The notes under the pieces are model-generated. The model saw nothing but the letters and a program-made list of their open reading frames with translations. It did no database searches and had not been told where the DNA came from. This document shows positions 1 to 9,216 of a stretch of DNA of 33,442 bases, piece by piece. Numbering within the stretch: the stretch's first letter is position 1; the number at the start of each line of letters is the position of its first letter. The stretch covers positions 53,575,423 through 53,608,864 of the forward strand of contig NC_068990.1 in the NCBI RefSeq assembly GCF_001194135.2. Reading direction: 5' to 3'. Origin of the DNA: Octopus bimaculoides (taxonomy: Eukaryota). The translations under genes and the position numbers were made by a program.

Positions 1-180
1 ATGTATATATATATATATATATATACATATATAAATATATAATTTAGAGAAAAGAACCAAAATTCATGAACTCTTCTATGAAAATTCATATTCACATATA
101 GAAAAAAATAATAAGTAAATATACGATAAATAAATATAATAAAATACAAAGTAAAAATCATAAAATTATTATAATAAAAC

Positions 181-290
181 GACTACACGTGTTTCATAAC
201 CAAGCTTTTAAATAGAAAATAAAATATAAACAAATCAATTAAATCGATCGAAAATCAATTCTGTTCAAAAATATAGCTAATCTTCAGGTC
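181..290 (-). ncRNA. Type I hammerhead-ribozyme-like motif with expanded stem II loop and palindromic stem III
   Basis: The minus strand reads gac-CUGAAGA(287-281)-U-UAGCUA...~70 nt AT-rich loop...UGGUUA-U-GAAA(195-192)-C-acgu-GUA(186-184)-guc. Stem I is gac/guc plus one G-U pair. Stem II is 6 bp (two G-U) under a U.U pair. Stem III lies in the perfect palindrome ACACGUGU. Folded by eye only. Confidence 0.6.
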
Positions 291-320
291 AAAATACAAC
301 AATAATATAGAAGGTTGTTT

Positions 321-397
321 GTTATGGCCGATCAAACAGTGATCATTGGTTTCGTACCTATAGAGCGCTTAGCTGTATAGGCGACTCGTCAGACACG
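321..397 (-). ncRNA. Degenerate hammerhead-like motif (cleavage triplet GCC instead of GUC)
   Basis: The minus strand reads CUGACGA(392-386)-GU..CCUAUA..AGC/GCU..UAUAGG..AC-GAAA(353-350), with a canonical G10.1-C11.1 pair. Stem III is CC..GAUCA/UGAUC..GG. The position equivalent to U16.1 (327) reads C. Stem I is only 3 bp. Confidence 0.42.
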
Positions 398-442
398 TTT
401 GCCGGAGGCACATAACCTCTCTTGATAGAGAGGTTATACAAC

Positions 443-534
443 TGGTACTTAATTTATCGACTCCGAAAGGATGAAAGTCAAAGTCGACCTCGGCGGAATT
501 TGAACTCAGAACGTAAAGACAGGCGAAATACCGC
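443..534 (-). mobile_element. SINE family A fragment (B-box plus central domain; A-box and normal tail missing)
   Basis: The reverse complement contains GAGTTCAAATTCC (B-box) followed by gccgaggtcgactttgactttcatcctttcggagtcgataaattaagtaccag. This block is shared with about 9 other copies in the window. The central domain resembles the MetaSINE-type domain (from memory, unverified). Confidence 0.8.
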
Positions 535-569
535 AACCTTCTAAATATCACTGGTATAATATTCAAGAG

Positions 570-896
570 CATAGGTTCTCAAAGTGTGCGCTACCGCCCC
601 ACCCCCGGTGGGCGTTGAGAGGATCCAGGTAGGCGCTGGTGTCTAAGGGAGTGGTAGAGAAAAAAGGAGGCGGTGAGAGAAAGGCAGTGGATTGGGGGAC
701 GCTTGTAAATTTATAATGTTATTATAGTATTGTATACAAATTATATAATATATTAAATATGAAATGATTCATAGTATATATAAATTAGTAAAATATAGAA
801 TGTTTATTTATACATAAAAAATAGAGATGGGGGCGCTGAGGGTATTATGATGTAGACATAAGTGGGGCGGTGGCCTAGAAAGTTTGAGAACTTCTG
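570..896. mobile_element. hAT-type MITE
   Basis: Imperfect TIRs: cataggttctcaaagtgtgcgctaccgcccc at 570-600 versus the reverse complement of the right end, cagaagttctcaaactttctaggccaccgcccc. The CA..GTTCTCAAA terminus is typical of hAT (Charlie-like) elements. The 8-bp flanks ttcaagag and ttcgaaaa (5/8 identical, all differences transitions) fit a decayed TSD. The interior is AT-rich and non-coding. Confidence 0.6.
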
Positions 897-1107
897 TTCG
901 AAAATGTGATTCTTTTCGGATACATGAACTACTGACCGATTATATATCGGACGGACAGACAGACAGATTTTACTATAATGTACAATAGGACATATCTAAG
1001 GATTTACTAGTCAAGACTGTGTAATGTATACATTACGTCTTTATAATAATATTCGTGAATAGAAAAATATTCTAATTGCTGCGCATAAATATTCTAACCC
1101 TAGTTTA

Positions 1108-1678
1108 CGAGTCTACCCTCGACGTCAAAAACACACAGTCAGTTTTGTTTTTGTGCCCTCGGGTGTTAAAATTAATACCCAGCGATACATTACGACCTTC
1201 TGGAAGATGAACTGCTTCCATGGGCGAATGAACAATTTCAAGGCGCACCTTGGAGCCTCCAACAGGATTCGGCACCATCTCACAGCTCCAAACAGACACA
1301 ACACTGGATTCAGAAAAAAATTCCGTCGTTCATAGGCAAAGATATATGGCCTTCAAGAAGCCCCGATCTCAACCCGTTTGATTTTTCTGTCTAATCCATT
1401 TTGGAGACGAGGGTCTTGAGCACTCGTCATGCTTCGTTCGATGCTCTGATGGCAAAACTGTACCAGGAATGGGCTTCGATTCTGCAAGAGCAGTTGCGTG
1501 TCATGTGTGAAGCATTCGCACCTAAACTTAAGGCTGTGATGGTAATAATTTTGCTTCCTTTAGTGTCATAATTTTGTTTCATTTGCCATTGCATTGCAAC
1601 GCTTGGATCCGAAATATAACAATATTTTGCTTTGGAAAAATTGAAAAGCGTTGGTTGTCTTAATTTGGGGACACTCCG
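1108..1678 (+). mobile_element. 5'-truncated Tc1/mariner DD37D (maT) transposase pseudogene with probable right TIR
   Basis: Manual translation gives FVPSGVKINTQRYI / LEDELLPWANEQFQGAPWSLQQDSAPSHSSKQTQHWIQKKIPSFIGKDIWPSRSPDLNPFDFSV*SILETRV...QEWASI. There are 37 residues between the second D (QQD) and the third D (NPFD). One frameshift and one stop are present. The element ends ...ggggacactccg followed by TA at 1679-1680. Confidence 0.85.
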
Positions 1679-1689
1679 TATACATATAT

Positions 1690-2063
1690 CTTTTATCTTT
1701 TATTTGTTTCAGTGATTAGACTGCGACCATACTGGGGCACTATCTTGAGGAAATTTTAGTTTAAGCTATCGACCCCAGTTTTATTATTCTTTTTGAAGCC
1801 TGTTACTTATTCTATCGGTCTCTTTTTCCGAACCGTTAAGTTACGAGGACGTAAACACATTAACAACAGTTGTGAAGCGGTGTGGGAACAAACATAGAAA
1901 TAAACACACACACACTCATGTATATATATACATATACTGTATATGCGACAGTTCTTATTCACTTTCCGTCTACTAGATCCACTCTCAAGGCTTTGGTCGG
2001 CCCGAGGCTAAGTAGAAAAAAACTAGCCAAGAGGTTGGGAAGCAAGCTTCTTACTGCATAGCC

Positions 2064-2065
<2 letters not shown>
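1690..2065 (-). mobile_element. SINE family B (tRNA-derived, internal microsatellite), decayed copy
   Basis: Shares the blocks tttccgtctactagatccactctcaaggctttggtcggcccgaggcta and tctttttccgaaccgttaagttacgaggacgtaaacac with the copies at 11408-11659, 10491-10577 and 25190-25336. Confidence 0.78.

Positions 2066-2145
<80 letters not shown>
2066..2145. repeat. (TA)n-(TG)n compound microsatellite running into a gap
   Basis: Read directly from the sequence; followed by N 2146-2414. Confidence 0.95.
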
Positions 2146-2414
2146 NNNNNNNNNNNNNNNNNNNNNNNNNNNNNNNNNNNNNNNNNNNNNNNNNNNNNNN
2201 NNNNNNNNNNNNNNNNNNNNNNNNNNNNNNNNNNNNNNNNNNNNNNNNNNNNNNNNNNNNNNNNNNNNNNNNNNNNNNNNNNNNNNNNNNNNNNNNNNNN
2301 NNNNNNNNNNNNNNNNNNNNNNNNNNNNNNNNNNNNNNNNNNNNNNNNNNNNNNNNNNNNNNNNNNNNNNNNNNNNNNNNNNNNNNNNNNNNNNNNNNNN
2401 NNNNNNNNNNNNNN

Positions 2415-3723
2415 CCAAAACAACTGAATCGAATTCACTTTTACTTAGTTCTGATGTAGTAAGCCTTTACACTAATATTCCACATGATTTAGGAATAAAG
2501 ACGAACAAATACTGGGTAGAAAAACATAGAGAAGTCATTCCCAGTAGATTCACCCGGCCATTTATATTAGACGCAGTCAAACTTATTCTTGAAAATAACA
2601 TTCTTTTTCAATGGAAAGAATTACATCCAAGTTAGAGGTACAGCGATGGGATCGAAATTTTCTCCCGTTTATGCGAACTCCGTCATGGGATACTTAGAAA
2701 AACAACTCTATTGAAGAGAAGTGGAAAACTACGGCATTGAATTTAGAAGGAATATTGAAGATGCATGGAAGAAATTCCTTGCCGATTGCATCATAATCTG
2801 GACAAAATCTCTAGATGCTTTAGAAGAATTTAATATCCTCTTGAACTATCTACACCCTACTCACCAATTTACAAAGGAGATGGGTAGTACCAAATTACCT
2901 CTCTAGACATAATGGTACTTAAAAATGACACCACCATCACCACTGATATATACTATATACACACAGACACGCATCAATACCAGAACTTTAAATCGTGTCA
3001 TCCAACACATACAAAACGCAATATCTCATACTGCCTAGCCAGGAAAATTTGTATTATTGTCGAAGATGTGAATACCAGAGACAAACGCTTAACAAAACTC
3101 AGAATTTCTACTCAAGCAAAAATACCCATCTCTGCTTACAGAAAATGGGATACAGCGTGCAATAGAAATACCCATACAACAACTTACGGCAACCCCAAAA
3201 AGGCGCAAACAAAAACAGGTCATACCCTTTATAGTGACAAACTTACCGATCATTGCTCAAAGTAAAGAATTAAAGGATATAATCACGTAATCATGGATCG
3301 GACTATGATTCTAAAAACAATTATTAGGCAAAGGTTGACTTAAGCAACAATGAAGAATCATTGATTGTATCAGAATACAATGATAATCAAAGTGGTACAT
3401 GTCAGTTCATATATACCGATCAATATATGAACACAAAAACCAGAAATGCAAGTATGAACTGCAAAGCAGAATTTTAATTTACTGCATCAAATGCCCGAAT
3501 TGTGAAGAGATATAATGGGAATGCGTTATCGGAACGTTCACATGTGCACCGACAGCAAATTAAGGACACTGATGTCCGTCAGATAACTTTAAGCAAACAT
3601 CTGGCAATATGTGGTCAGAAAAAGTTTATAATATTCCCATTTTATAAACTACACAACTCAAGTGAAATTGAGAGAAAAGTCAGAGAAAAGGATCTTATTG
3701 ATAAATTTAAACCTTTTCTATAG
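2415..3723 (+). mobile_element. Penelope-like element ORF remnant (RT plus GIY-YIG endonuclease), pseudogenised
   Basis: RT motifs are SDVVSLYTNIPHDLG, ILENN, RGTAMGSKFSPVYANSVMGYLEK, a degraded YxDD (FLADCIIIW), LNYLHPTHQFT and TDTHQYQNFKSCHP. A decayed Cys linker (SGTCQFI) follows. GIY-YIG region: LIYCIKCPNC...ALSERSHVHRQQI...SKHLAICG...FIIFPFYK...REKDLIDKFKPFL*. Several frameshifts and stops are present. Confidence 0.9.
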
Positions 3724-3745
3724 GAACAGTTATAGTAACGGTGAA

Positions 3746-4067
3746 GGCGCATGGCACAGTGATGAGGGCGTCGAGCTTACGATCGCGAGGTTGTGAGTTC
3801 GAATCCCGGACCAGGCTGCGTGTTGTGTTTTTGAACTTTATTTCACGTTGCTCCAGTTCACTCAGCTGTAGAAATGAGTTGCGGCGTCACAGGTGCCAAG
3901 CTGTATCGGCCTTTCCCTTGGATAAATAACACTGGTGGCGTGGAAAGGGGAGACTGGTATGCATGGGCGACTGCTGGCCTTCCATAAACAACCTTGCCCG
4001 GACTTGTGCCTAGGAGGGTAACTTTCTAGGTGCAATCCCATGGTCAATCATGACCGAAGGGAGTCTC
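3746..4067 (+). mobile_element. SINE family C, tRNA-derived, apparently full length with TSD
   Basis: A-box-like TGGCACAGTGATG at 3752 and B-box GTTCGAATCC at 3797-3806. Flanked by agtaacggtga (3734-3744) and agtaacgatga (4071-4081), a 10/11-identical probable TSD. The head matches 30716-30818. Confidence 0.85.
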
Positions 4068-4307
4068 AGCAGTAACGATGATAATTATATTGATGATGGT
4101 GATAATACTACTGTTACCACCACCGCCACCACTGTTACTGGATGGTAGTAGTGCTGACCAAATGAACATTGATCCGAATGAAATGTAAAAATTTCTGGTG
4201 TAACGATAGATTTCAATGATAACAGGAATGTTCGTTCTAAAATATAGCTAAATAATTATTCCTTTAGGTGCAGTCAAAGTAAAGAATCCTTGACATGCCC
4301 ACCAAAT

Positions 4308-4401
4308 CGTGACGTCTAATTGGTCGAAATACATTTAGAACTTAGTTGGCTCACTCACCAAGCCGTGACATCTGAGTCACATGTTGATTGGTCAAAATAC
4401 A
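4308..4401. promoter_or_regulatory. Duplicated CRE-like/CCAAT module with AP-1 site (possible Penelope pLTR promoter)
   Basis: TGACGTC at 4310-4316, ATTGG at 4319-4323 and 4387-4391, TGAGTCA at 4373-4379. The two units read cgtgacgtct..aattggtcgaaataca and cgtgacatct..gattggtcaaaataca. Function is inferred only. Confidence 0.3.
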
Positions 4402-4501
4402 GTTCATAAGATTCAGCCTGCTGGAGTCAATCGGAGTGTGTTTAAAGGATAAAGGCAACCACTTCACTATAATTATCAATTGTGGAACACGATTGTCGCT
4501 T

Positions 4502-4545
4502 CATAAAACTGATGATTGCGTAATGCATGAAAGTACTAGCTTATG
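4502..4545 (+). ncRNA. Minimal type I hammerhead-like motif downstream of the Penelope ORF
   Basis: cataa-aa-CUGAUGA(4509-4515)-U-UGC-guaau-GCA-U-GAAA(4529-4532)-G-ua-CUA(4536-4538)-gc-uuaug. Stem III lies in the palindrome AGUACU. Stem I is 5 bp (cataa/ttatg) with two core-proximal mismatches. Confidence 0.5.
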
Positions 4546-4661
4546 TCTATAATGTAAAATTGTAAAATTGTCAAAATTCCAAATAATAAAACGTGAAAAT
4601 CAGACTAAGTTGGATTTCATTGATTAATATATTGTCCTATGCACAATCATAAAAACGCGGA

Positions 4662-4773
<112 letters not shown>

Positions 4774-5041
4774 AACGCGCGCGCGAAAACACACACACAA
4801 ACACACACATAAGTACACATACACGCAGAGTGATAGGCAGGAAGTCGTATATATAGAGTATGCTTCCAATGAACTTATATCACTGTATATATTTTTCAAA
4901 TTCAAGAATATCACTAAGCAAAACACCGTATCAATTATACACGTGTTATTAATTTTTTTACAACATTGTTTAAATTTACATAAACTATAATGAACAGCAC
5001 GTATGGTTTAAACATTCATGCGTTATACATAAAATATGCGT

Positions 5042-5070
5042 ATAATAATAATAATAATAATAATAATAAT
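5042..5070. repeat. (TAA)n microsatellite
   Basis: About 9 units immediately before the repeat at 5071. Confidence 0.95.
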
Positions 5071-5338
5071 GGGTGTTTTGTTCAACATCCTTAAACAATC
5101 CTTATTCAGGGGCCTTTTGAGCGGGATGGGCTACTCAACCTGAAGAAAATTCTTACTGGGCCCCACGTGAAAGGTCATGTGCTGTTTATCTTGATATGAG
5201 ATCACTGTGTCGCGCGCATTTTGGTTGTGATCCATGTGACTGGTGTACCCTTATCAGACGGGCAGTCATGATGGGTATACTGGGCTTCGTATAGTTTACC
5301 TCAGTGTCACTTTGATGATATGCACTGCTCTCTCACTC
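5071..5338 (+). mobile_element. 5'-truncated copy of a (TAA)n-terminated repeat (probable R4/Dong 3' UTR or partner element)
   Basis: Aligns along its whole length with 7673-7935. Both end in gcactgctctctcact(c) / tcactgctctctcact followed by (AAT)n. This copy is bounded by (TAA)n on both sides. Confidence 0.7.

Positions 5339-5406
<68 letters not shown>
5339..5406. repeat. (AAT)n microsatellite, about 22 units
   Basis: Read directly from the sequence; it explains the poly-N stretch in ORF 5243..6034. Confidence 0.95.
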
Positions 5407-5407
<1 letters not shown>

Positions 5408-7473
5408 GAGGAGGAAAGAAACAGGAATATTGTCATAAGCACGGGTGATGTGAAAGAACAAGTGGGTAAAGTGCCTAACTGGAAAGCTCCCAGACCAGAT
5501 AAGATTCATGGCTTCTGGCTGAAGAGATGCCACGCGGTGCATGAAAGGCTAGCAGCCCAATTGAATGAGTGTGTCCAGAAAGGTACAGTCGCCGCGGGGA
5601 TGGTGACTGGGTGGACAACACTTGTAATGAAGGATAACAGAAAGGGGAATATTGTGGGGAAACTACCGTCCCATAGCATCCCTAAACAAAAAGGATGTAG
5701 CAAGAGTTCTCAGGGTACCAAGGACCACCTGGCCATCGATAAAACAGTTCTGAGGCATTGTAAAAAACATCATACAAACATGGCTTGGATTGACTTTAAG
5801 AAGGCATATGATATGATGCCTCAATCTTGCATCGTTGAATGCTTGCAGATGTTTGGTGTTGCTAACAATCTCACAAATTTTCTGATACATAGCATGAAAG
5901 AGTGGAAAACCAAATTGTACTCAAGTATTCAAGTAATGTATTCCTTGCAGAAGTTAATATTAAAAGGGGTATCTTCCAAGGTGACTCGTTTTCTCCGTTA
6001 CTTTTTGATATTGCACAAATACCCGTTACAATGATACTTAGGAAAGTTAAGATGGGTTACCGATGTGAGAAGAAAGGTCCATTATTGAATCATCTTCTGT
6101 TTATGGATGATCTGAAATTGTGTGGGAAATCTGAAAAGCAGATAGATTCCTTAACCAAAACAGTCTAAACGTGTGTTAGGGATATCGGTATGAAATTTGG
6201 GATCACCAAATGCTTAGTACTTAATATGAAAAGAAGGAAGGAAGCAGCCTGCAGTAGATTGCGGTTACCATCAGTAGAGACCATGGGTAAACCCGACGGT
6301 AGTGGGTGTAGATATTTGGGAATTCTGGAGCTGGATATCATTCCACACATAGAAATGAAAGTCTAAGTCAGCGAGGCGTATCAAAAAAGAGTGAAGATGG
6401 TGTTGAAATCGAAACTGAATGCCAAAACTTTGATTATTGCAACGAATATCTAGGCAGTTGCGGTGGTGAGATATAGTGTGTCCATCCTCAAATGGACTGA
6501 GGAGGAAATATCAACACGGGATAGAAGGATGAGAAAGTTGATGACGCTGCATGGGGCGCTACACCCTAAAGCAAACGTAAATAGACTTTATATGAAAAGA
6601 AAGAATGATGGCAGAGGCCTAATTAGTATAGACCATTGTATAAGGAGTGAAAGGAGAACGCTTGCCGAGTATTTGATAAATAGTGATGAAGTCCTGCTGC
6701 AGTATGCTGCGAAAAATATGGGTGTAAATGCAGATGAAATGATGGGCAAGGCAGAGTTTAACCAAAGAGCTGAGGAGAAGAGAAAAGAAGACCTTGAAAG
6801 AGAATGCATGGAAGAATACACAAGACGTTNNNNNNNNNNNNNNNNNNNNNNNNNNNNNNNNNNNNNNNNNNNNNNNNNNNNNNNNNNNNNNNNNNNNNNN
6901 NNNNNNNNNNNNNNNNNNNNNNNNNNTGAAGTATAACATCTATAAAACTTCTGACACCCAGAAATGCAGACTCTGTGGAAAGAGTGTGGAAAATGTGACC
7001 CACTTGGTAAGTGGAAGTGAGAGCCTTGCACAAAAAGAATACAAGCGCCGCCACGATAAAGTGTGTGTGTATCTTCACTGGCTCTTATGCTGTAAATACC
7101 AATATGAAGTAACAGAGAACTGGTATGAGTATGTACCAAGTAATGTTATGCAGGAGGATGGAAAAGTAACGTTTCTCTAGGACTATGATTTTCAGACGGA
7201 TCGTGTAATTGGACAACGTCGGCCGGATATTGTCATATTGAATAAGAGAGACAAATACTGTCAGATCATTGATGTAGCCATACCAAATGACATGAATGCT
7301 ATGAGTAAAGAGGTTGAAAAAAATCACCAAGTACTCCGAATTGAAAGTGAAAATGGCTTTCAGGACTATGGAATGCGAGAGAGTAATGTAAAAGTGACAC
7401 CAATGGTGATCAGACTGTTGGGCTCAATCCCATTGAAACTTCGAGACTTTTTAAGGCAACTGGAAATCCCATG
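5407..7473 (+). mobile_element. R4/Dong-clade RLE non-LTR retrotransposon (family 1), 5'-truncated pseudogene
   Basis: RT motifs: NWKAPRPDKIHGFWLK, KQKGC...GTKDHLAIDK, AWIDFKKAYDMMP, RGIFQGDSFSPLLF, NHLLFMDDLKL, LHPKANVNRLYMKRKNDGRGL. Zn knuckle CRLC..HLVSGS at 6965-7018 (last C mutated to S), then YKRRHDKV. RLE endonuclease RRPDIV..IIDVAIPND. Frameshifts and stops are present; gap at 6830-6926. Confidence 0.9.
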
Positions 7474-7935
7474 CAAAGATGGGCTGCAGAAAATATTCTG
7501 CTCAATACCACAGATTTGCTTGTCAGTTGTTTGACCTTTACCAGTTGAGCATGTCCCTTGGTGGATAAACGATATGTGCATTTCTGATCACGAGCAGAAG
7601 TAGTGGGGGAGCATCATAGTCATGTGTTGAGAGGAATTCTTTGGGGGTTTTAATAATTCACCTTTGCAAACATGGGAGTTTCGTTCAACATCCTTAAACA
7701 TTATTCAGGGACCTTTTGAGCGGGATGGGCTAGTCCACCTGAAAAAAATTCTAACTGGGCCCCACGTGAAAGGTCATGCGCTGTTTATCTTGATATGAAA
7801 TCACCATGCCGCGCACATATGGTTGTGATGCGTGCGCCTAGTGCACCCTTATCAGACGGGTAGTCATGGTGGGTATATTGGACTTCGTATATTTTACCCC
7901 AGTGTCACTTTGATGGCATTCACTGCTCTCTCACT
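7474..7935 (+). mobile_element. Longer copy of the (TAA)n-terminated repeat, joined to the end of the family 1 LINE
   Basis: The 3' 263 nt align to 5071-5338. It ends at taataataataaaaat (7935-7950). The 5' boundary is approximate, placed where the RLE reading frame stops resembling protein. Confidence 0.65.
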
Positions 7936-7949
7936 AATAATAATAAAAA

Positions 7950-8155
7950 TAATGGTTTCAAATTTAGGCACAAGATCAGCTATTTCAAGGGAGGAGGTAA
8001 GTCGATTACATTGACTCCAGTGTTCAACTGGTACTTATTTTATCGACCCCGAAAGGATAAAAGGAAAAGTCGACCTTGGCGGAATTTGAACGCAGAATGC
8101 TAAAACAGATGAAATGAAATATTTTTATCCGGCGTGCTAATGATACTGCCAGCTA
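7950..8155 (-). mobile_element. SINE family A, near full length
   Basis: The reverse complement has an A-box-like agctggcagtatcattag, a B-box GCGTTCAAATTCC, the central domain and a ...cttgtgcctaaatttgaaaccatt tail running into (ATT)n. Confidence 0.82.
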
Positions 8156-8256
8156 ACCACGTTAACAACAACAACATCAATGATATTAATAGCGTGAGCG
8201 TTGAAACTATATGTTTTATTCATTATAGTTTTAATAGGTATCTAGTTGTGTTTGTA

Positions 8257-8894
8257 CAAGGTGTGTTTAAAAAGTATCCGACTTTATTTTTTTCCCACCA
8301 AAACTAATGTCAGTTACCGGTTGTTACGATTAAAGTATAGACCTCTAGTGCGTGCTCGTCGGGTTTTCGTTTTCACGCAAGATAACCGAACGCATCGAGC
8401 AGAGACATTGCATCAAGTTTTGTCAAAAGCTTGGTGATACTCAAGCTTAAACTATCCAGAAGATTTAGCAGACAATGATGCAATGGGCAAAACTCTGAAG
8501 GATGAGTGGTACAACCGATTCAAACATAACTGCATCTCAGTGGAGAATGAGGCACGCTCAGACAGGCCATCCACAAGCCGAAACGAAGAGCCGAATGAGA
8601 AAGTTCAGCTAATAGTTATGGAAGACCGTCGTGTAACAATCTTCTGGCTATTCTCCAAACTGGAGGGAAGCGATTTGAGTCGCGAGAGGAAATTATGAGA
8701 AAAGTGACGACGGAGCTCCATACCATTCCAGAGAAGGCGTTCCACAGGTGTTGCCACCAGCGGCAGAAGCGCTGAGAGAAGTGTGTGAACTCCCAAGGGG
8801 AATATTTTGAAGATGATTAATAAAATTTAAATGTACAAAATTGATTTGCTTCCTTTTTGTACCCAAAATTCGAGTACTTTTTGAACACATCTCG
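8257..8894 (+). mobile_element. Mariner internal-deletion derivative with both TIRs and TA TSD
   Basis: The left TIR caaggtgtgtttaaaaagtatccgactt matches the reverse-complemented right TIR cgagatgtgttcaaaaagtactcgaatt at 22/28. TA flanks lie at 8255-8256 and 8895-8896. The N-terminal HTH (EQRHCIKFCQKLG..EWYNRFK..EARSDRPSTS..MEDRRVTI) is joined directly to C-terminal FWLFSKL..KRFESREEI..KCVNSQGEYFE. The DDD core is deleted. Confidence 0.88.
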
Positions 8895-8989
8895 TATATA
8901 AAATATATAGAAATAGTAAGTTTATTGGAAACATGCTATATATACAACTCACTACTTACTTGTCTCTCACTCTCTCACTCTCTCTCAAC

Positions 8990-8994
<5 letters not shown>

Positions 8995-9027
<33 letters not shown>

Positions 9028-9215
9028 GTCTGTCTGTCTGTCTGTCTTCTTGCCTGTCTGCTTGCCTGTCTGTCTGTCTGATGTATGCTTGTATCTACAT
9101 ATGTATGTATGTATATGGCTATATGTTTTTTTATGCCTGCATGTGTGTGTGTATGTATATGAATATATACACAAACAGACATATAGATAAATAGATATAG
9201 ATTGATAGATAGATA
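8995..9215. repeat. Compound (CTAT)n/(CTGT)n/(TATG)n/(GATA)n low-complexity tract
   Basis: Read directly from the sequence. Confidence 0.85.
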
Positions 9216-9216
9216 C

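Noticed and set aside
3746-3815. Possible tRNA gene
   Set aside because: It has A- and B-boxes but no convincing cloverleaf, and it continues into a SINE body with a TSD.
263-4251. 17/18-nt match between 263-280 and 4234-4251
   Set aside because: Short and AT-rich, with no extension on either side.
5132-5185. CTGAAGA...GAAA in the short repeat, as a possible hammerhead
   Set aside because: No stem II or stem I pairing, and the second copy (7739) reads CTGAAAA.
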